Positions 58,007 to 64,000 of a DNA stretch of 64,000 nt are shown here, in pieces. A program made the position numbers and the translations under genes. The notes beneath the pieces are model-generated. The model ran no database searches. It had not been told where the DNA came from and was given only the letters and a program-made list of their open reading frames with translations. Numbering within the stretch: position 1 is the stretch's first letter; each line of letters starts with the position of its first letter. The stretch is from Lytechinus pictus (taxonomy: Eukaryota). Location: contig NC_087258.1 in the NCBI RefSeq assembly GCF_037042905.1, positions 11,532,001 through 11,596,000 of the forward strand. Reading direction: 5' to 3'.

Positions 58007-61000
58007 TTAGTTATTATTGTTCTTCTGCTGCTCGTATATCATGAATTCCTTTATTTGGGTAAAAGAATATAAAAAAAATACAAAGATCCATTTTATTCTT
58101 ATTTTCAGGGTAGTGAATAATGGGGCAAATCTGGGAGAAAAAATAGGAAATTCAGAGGGGAAAAAGGGAGAAAAAAATTATAGGCCCTCTTACATACTTT
58201 CTACTATTTTCAATATTATTGTTGTTTTCCGTGTAGGGGGTCCTTGAAATGGAAAGTCAACAAATGTCAAAATTCATTTGTATTACATTCGATGCATTAA
58301 CCCTAATAAGATAAATCCGCCGCGCAAAATTTGTGTACAAATCTAATGCAAATAGTGTTTTTAGCCATAATTCATGAATGCATCACTATTTTTCCTTTTA
58401 CTAATTAAAATCAATTAATTTCATCTGGTTTATGATAAAAATAAAGTCCCCCACAATTTTCATAGAAAAAAAGTCGAAAAACAAGAAAATACATAGATTT
58501 AGAAAACAAAATAATACATAAGAAAATAAATGTAATGTTGAATTTTTTTACTGTCAATTTGATCAGATTCCTATAATCAGTCTGTGAACCAAAAATTAAC
58601 ATTTTAGGGGCATTATTTAATTAGAGCAAATTTTACACATAACGTAGCATAACTAATTAGCAATGAGATTTTTCGCAGAATTTGATCTTATAGTTTTGGA
58701 GATAATGCCATGGGTAACGAGTGAGCCAATTTTTATTGAGATCACGTGATCAACAGCCGAGATCACAAGGGGGGACTGAATCAGCCCCCCCCCCTCCCCC
58801 ATCTTCTTAGGCATTGAAATAGCCCAGTCTTTTTAGGGTTAATTAAAGCAATAAATGAATGAATACTATCAATAAATTGCTATTTTCAATGTTCTTTTTA
58901 TGCAATGAAATGTTTGCAAGACTTTTGAACAAGATACTTAAAATACAAGTAATCTATAATCTACTCTTTCCTTGATATAACCACCCCCTCCCCCCCCCAA
59001 AAAAAAAAACACATACCACACATACCGCAAGAAGGGATTTAAAAGAAACTAAAAGAGAGAATCATTTGAGAAGGTGATGAAAACAAAAAAGAGAAAGGAA
59101 ATGTAAAAGAGCAGGAAATGAAGAAAGCAAAAAAGAGCAATATACAAAAAATAGCCAAGGGATGGGGGGATGGTTTATTTTTACTCACAATAAGAATATT
59201 TGTTGCCATCAAAGTTGCTTTGGCTTTCACATCTAGATCCTGAGGAACTGTAAAGAGAAAGGGGAATAAAGAGAGAAATAAATATAGCCTAGTTTTTCCC
59301 CTCGTTTATGCAGTGTCACATTTAAGGATTTTAGTGTGATTCTGCCCTCTCTTGGGCATTGTTTAACAACCAATTCATTCTGGTAGTACTGGTAATTATA
59401 CTAAGTTACATATCCTATCGGTTTATCATTGGTATGAATAAGCAAACACAATCTATCATTACTTGATAATTATACCACAATCCACATTGCAGTTTCTAAG
59501 AAGAAAAAAATCTATGACACAGGAAATAATGGTCTGTTGTTGAACTGCAGTAGAGAAATGTTATGGTGAAAATCATTAACAAGTGGAATGCCTCTGGCCG
59601 TCTCACCTGCATCACGCGATTCAATATAGCAGCAGTGCTGATTTTGAAAACTACTATAACTCGCACAAGATGTTCAGCGATACTTGGTTACTCGTATTTC
59701 CACGTTTTATGAACTAGACCAATACACTTATAGAGATATGATGGCAATTCAACAAATACCCCCAACGTGGCCAAAGTTCTTTGACCTTACATGACCTTTG
59801 ACCTTGATCATGTGACCTGAAACTCGCACAGGATGTTCAGTGATACTTGATTACTATTATGTCCAAGTTTTATGAACTAGACCAACACACTTTCAAATTT
59901 ATGGCTGTAATTCAACAAATACCCCAATTTGGCCAAAGTTCATTGACCCTAAATGACCTTTGACCTTGATCATGTGACCTGAAACTTGCACAGGATGTTC
60001 AGTAATATTTGATTACTATTATGTCCAAGTTTCATGAATCAGATCCATAAACTTTCAAAGTTATGATGGTAATTCAACAGATACCCCCAATTCGGCCAAA
60101 GTTCATTGACCCTAAATGACCTTTGACCTTGGTCATGTGATGTGAAACTCATGCAGGATGTTCAGTGATACTTGATTAACCTTATGTATAAGTTTCATGA
60201 ACTAGGTCCATATATTTTCTAAGTTATGATGACATTTCAAAAACTTAACCTTAGGTTAAGATTTTGATGTTGATTCCCCCAACATGGTCTAAGTTCATTG
60301 ACCCTAAATGACCTTTGACCTTGGTCATGTGACATGAAACTCAGGCAGGATAATCAGTAATACTTGATTAACCTTATGGCCAAGTTTCATGAACTAGGTC
60401 CATATACTTTCTAAGTTATGCTGTCATTTCAAAAACTTAACCTCAGGTTAAGATTTGGTGTTGACGCCGCCGTCGCCGCCGCTGCCGTCGCCGCCGCCGT
60501 CGCCGTCGGAAAAGCGGCGCCTATAGTCTCACTCTGCTATGCAGGTGAGACAAAAATACATGGGTAGTGTAAGACAAATTCGTCAACAACAAACAGTATC
60601 CCTGAATGTTCTAACAATGACTTAAATGAGTAGAGAAAAGGACAATCAAGAATAGATAGTAGAAAAAATAAGCATGCCTAGGTTGGGCAATCAAAACTCA
60701 TGAAAAAAAATGTTATTGAATCAATAGTCATGCCAAACTATGGAAAGCCAGCAACATCATTATCACAAACATGTACAAAATAAATAGCATGATTGCAATT
60801 TCACATGTTCAGAGAGGAATCAGATTTTATTTCACAATATCATGGAGAGGAGAAAGTTGAAATATTTCATTTGTCTTATAATGAAATACCAAAGAAACGG
60901 TGAGTGGGTGAAGTCATCGGTTCTGTCATTTGCATACAATGTAGTCCTACACAATATCCCTTTGGAAACAGACCTGCCAACCTCTGGGAATGAAAAAGTG

Positions 61001-63111
61001 TACTCTGTGATAAAAAAAGTGTATTTCATAATAAAATGCATGGCGCACTCCCTCATCGCGGCACTCAAGCTGCATGCAAGCTAAAATGCGCACTGCTCTT
61101 GCAGAAAAAAAATTAAAGATGTGTATATCTCACCCTGGTTTTAACAAAATGATTGAAAAAAAAAACAAGTTACCTGAAATTACATTGATCTAATAACCAT
61201 ATTTGTGTAAGTTTTATGAAATAGAGATGATTTTTCTCAATAAATTATGATTTTGTAAAAAAACGTACTAAATACGTCAAAAACGTAATGGTTGGCAGGT
61301 CTGTGGAAACAAAGATGAACAAACTAATTCAATGAGGCAATGATGCATTCACAAGTATAAAGTGGTGTGAAAAAGTTAGTGAACACCACCAGAAAATGAA
61401 CATATTTCAACTGTTCAATCTCTGCCATGTATTAGATACTTAATTGTGAAGTCAGGTGATATAATATTACATTCAATAAAGCTTGTTTTGTCTGGGTTTG
61501 CCAAACACTGTAGTGTTGTTGTCTACATTCAACACTCAGCATGGAGTGCATTTTCTGGGGATTCACTAACTTTTGAACACCACTGTACATCATATTCAGA
61601 AATAATTCAAATGGATTGTACGCATTCTAGATGTCGGTATTGATAACTTTCCATAGTTATGATTGAATGGATCAATCACAACACTTTGTAAGACTGGGCC
61701 CTGATGTTCTACGAGTTGTATTATCTTCAAATCAAAATCCAACTTAAGATTGATTTCAAACTGTGTTAGTAAGGTATAGGAAATTTAGCATATTTTGATC
61801 TAAGGCTTTGATAATAATATTCGCTTTTATATAGCGTTTAATACATTGCAACAAAATCTCTAAACACTTTCTCCGCTCCCTGGGGCGTAGTCCAACAAGA
61901 GATTCCAAACTCAATTCCTGGGCATACTACATTAGGCTTTGGCAGTGGTTTTCTTAAGGGTAGCCATTAACACCTGGGTGGAGAGTGGCAAAAGTGTGAT
62001 TGATGTGTAGCCATCCAATGGCACTGGGCTTCAACACGATTTGAACACACAACCCTCCGATTACAAGGCGAGAGTCAGAACCACTACACCACGACACTTC
62101 AACAGAATGATGATAATGAATACCTACATGTGATAGAGAAGTTGTCAGCCTTTGTAATACATTCTCTGAAGCATCCTCCCCACTGCTTGGTGATCTTCCC
62201 GACCTCACTCGTCAGGTCAGGGGTCATGACCTAGGTCAAGAATAGAAAATGAAACAACATCAACTTCAACGACAGAAACTAAGTTATGGGCCAATAAATT
62301 CAGGCAAGGAAATAGAGAAATTTTACTCAGGAATCTCACCCCATAGTCCGACTTGGTTGATACATCATATAAAACTTTTAAAGAAAATTTTGTTCTTAAA
62401 CTGGTTAAATTTAATGCAAATGTCTAATTATTCTTTGTGAATTTCGTTATTGAATTGGTCTGCTGGTCTGGAGGAAACTGCACTGGTCACCTTCATACAT
62501 ACATTTATACTAAGTAACCCCTACCTCCCCCCTCCCCCCAGTATCAGACCTAGTCATGGTTTTGAATTGATCCAAAGCCATGGGTGCATGCATTGATGCC
62601 CCCCTCAATGGACTTGGGGCTATGTTGTGCCCTTTTTAATTGTTCTTATTTGTGCTGTATTATGCTGTATTACAGAAATGTGCCATAATCAAAATGTGGC
62701 CTTGCCCTCAACCCCCCCCCCCAGGAAATGTTAAATGCCAGCGAAGTGATGGTACAACCAAATTGCAGGTGGCCCAGATTGGTAATAGACCAAGCAGCTT
62801 TAGCCATGATAGTGTTAGTCCAGATTGGACCTTGGTGTTTGGAAGAAGTTCCCTTTCCCATAGCTAACATAGAGGGCACATGTCTCCCAATCTCTAATCA
62901 GGGCCAATCCACTCATAAGATGAGTGGATTGGCACTTTGGGAAAGGGAACTTCCGAACACCAAGGTCCAATCTGGACTAAGATAGTGTCTGCCCCTTACC
63001 TTATAGTCGATGTCTTCCATGGTGCAGAAGAGACAGCATGGACCACGGATCTTCAGGATGGTTTCCTTCTCAGCGTTCTGCACATCGAGTTCAGGCATCC
63101 AGAAATATTGT
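58007..63111 (-). CDS. PLSCR: Second phospholipid scramblase, 3' partial (5' exons not seen in the window)
   Basis: Exons 63000-63111 (QYFWMPELDV...LKIRGPCC...DIDYK), 62128-62230 (VMTPDLTSEVGKITKQWGGC...KADNFSIT), 59189-59247 ([20 protein letters not shown]), 58007-58048 (EFMIYEQQKNNNN*). Intron positions and phases match the first copy. Confidence 0.92.
58301..58838. mobile_element. piggyBac-like MITE
   Basis: TTAA|ccctaataaga ... tctttttaggg|TTAA. Confidence 0.75.
59578..60556. mobile_element. Helentron/HINE (DINE-1/Tsp/pearl-like) element with tandem core repeats
   Basis: aacaag at one end, A-run at the other; 13-bp IR gtctcacctgcat (59600-59612) / atgcaggtgagac (60539-60551); stem-loop gtctcac...gtgagac; (GCC/GTC)n tract; about five 160-190-bp repeats with tgacctttgacc. 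Confidence 0.85.
60969..61303. mobile_element. hAT-like MITE
   Basis: Perfect 14-bp TIR cagacctgccaacc; flanking duplication tggaaa(ca). Confidence 0.8.
61360..61585. mobile_element. Tc1/mariner-like MITE
   Basis: TA flanks; agtggtgtgaaaaagttagtgaa / ttcactaacttttgaacaccactg. Confidence 0.8.
61811..62099 (-). mobile_element. tRNA-derived SINE
   Basis: On the minus strand: A box tggtgtagtgg, B-box-like gttcaaatc, core ctctccacccaggtgttaatggctacc, 3' cgctatataaaa plus (TAT)n. Confidence 0.8.
62816..62979. mobile_element. TAG...CTA palindromic MITE with 9-bp TSD (AcademH- or MuDR-like)
   Basis: tagtccagattggaccttggtgtt / aacaccaaggtccaatctggacta; flanks tgatagtgt / agatagtgt. Confidence 0.8.
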
Positions 63112-63592
63112 CTGCATGAAATCATTATGGTGGGGTGTCATGAATCAATCTGTCAGGGATTTTCACACACAAATCTGCTCTCAACCAATCAGATGTGAGG
63201 ATTTATGTAGCTTATAACAGTTCTAAGTAATAATCACTAATAATACTCGCCAGGGCAGTGTTTAATTAGTAGTAGTCATTTTTCTTTTCGTTTGAATACT
63301 AATCTCTGTAATATGAAATCCATGCATATAATTGGTTGAAAAAATATATAATAGAAAGCAATAAAAAGAATTTAACACTAATAGGAAGAAATATTGTCTT
63401 TACAACAAGAATGACTTTGAGATCTTGTGTTGTTTATTGCACCATTTTCAATGTGCTTCTAGGGTGGAATCTGCCCTATACAACCCCTTCCCCTCCCAAA
63501 TGTAGTTGGGGAGGGAGAAAGAGGAGGGGAAGTATGTAGTTGTATAATTACCAGTCACTACTATGGTAATATCAATGTATAAGGTGTCCCAG

Positions 63593-63703
63593 CAGTGGCG
63601 GACCGTGACCAGGAGACAATTGATTGGAGGGGCACTGTATTGTTTGTGAACAATGCTGTGCCCCTCCAATGCTTTGTCTCCTCCGGGTCACGGTCCGCCA
63701 TTG
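63593..63703. mobile_element. Short hairpin MITE
   Basis: cagtggcggaccgtgacc...ttggaggggcac / gtgcccctccaa...ggtcacggtccgccattg. Confidence 0.8.
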
Positions 63704-64000
63704 TGAAAAAACATAATGGTGAATTCATGTTTAAATCTAGTTTTCATTGCTGGTCTAAGCAACTCCTAACGAAAATGATATTAAGATCATTGAATTTGGT
63801 GAAGTAATAAAACAACAAATCAATCTTTTAGGATTTTTAAATCTACTTTTTTTTCTTTCTGGAACAACCAGAAGTGTACCACTATATTCTGTGTGCACCA
63901 GTAGTCACTGCTCCTATAGATGTACATATAGTATAAGTACTGAAAGATTGCAAGTTCCCTCCCAATTCCTCCTCCTCCACCACCACCACTTCAACTATTA

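Noticed and set aside
59640-60450. Regularly spaced repeats as a possible CRISPR array
   Set aside because: Whole units are homologous with no unique spacers, there are no cas genes, and the context is a eukaryotic Helentron-like element.

Overview
AT-rich, intron- and repeat-dense animal genomic DNA; the repeat families and gene styles suggest a sea urchin or other echinoderm (inference). I assembled six protein-coding genes by hand from GT-AG junctions, all on the minus strand. They are two small single-coding-exon type I membrane proteins with one FN3 domain each (248-853, 11853-12488), a 7-exon CYP2-clan cytochrome P450 (497 aa), a 3-exon beta-tubulin (449 aa), a complete 9-coding-exon phospholipid scramblase (254 aa) and the 3' half of a second tandem scramblase. 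Most exons of the spliced genes are not obvious in the ORF track. The non-coding DNA is packed with non-autonomous DNA transposons whose TIRs and TSDs can be read directly (hAT-, Harbinger-, Tc1/mariner-, Kolobok-, piggyBac-, CACT- and Academ-like), plus a Helentron/HINE-like element, tRNA-derived SINEs, microsatellites and one 213-nt N gap. The most unusual structures are an A-B-A'-B' array of TATA-bounded modules at 38556-39713, a MITE inserted inside a scramblase splice donor, and several TE ends lying within 30 nt of scramblase donors. I found no transposase, recombinase, CRISPR array or prokaryotic system.
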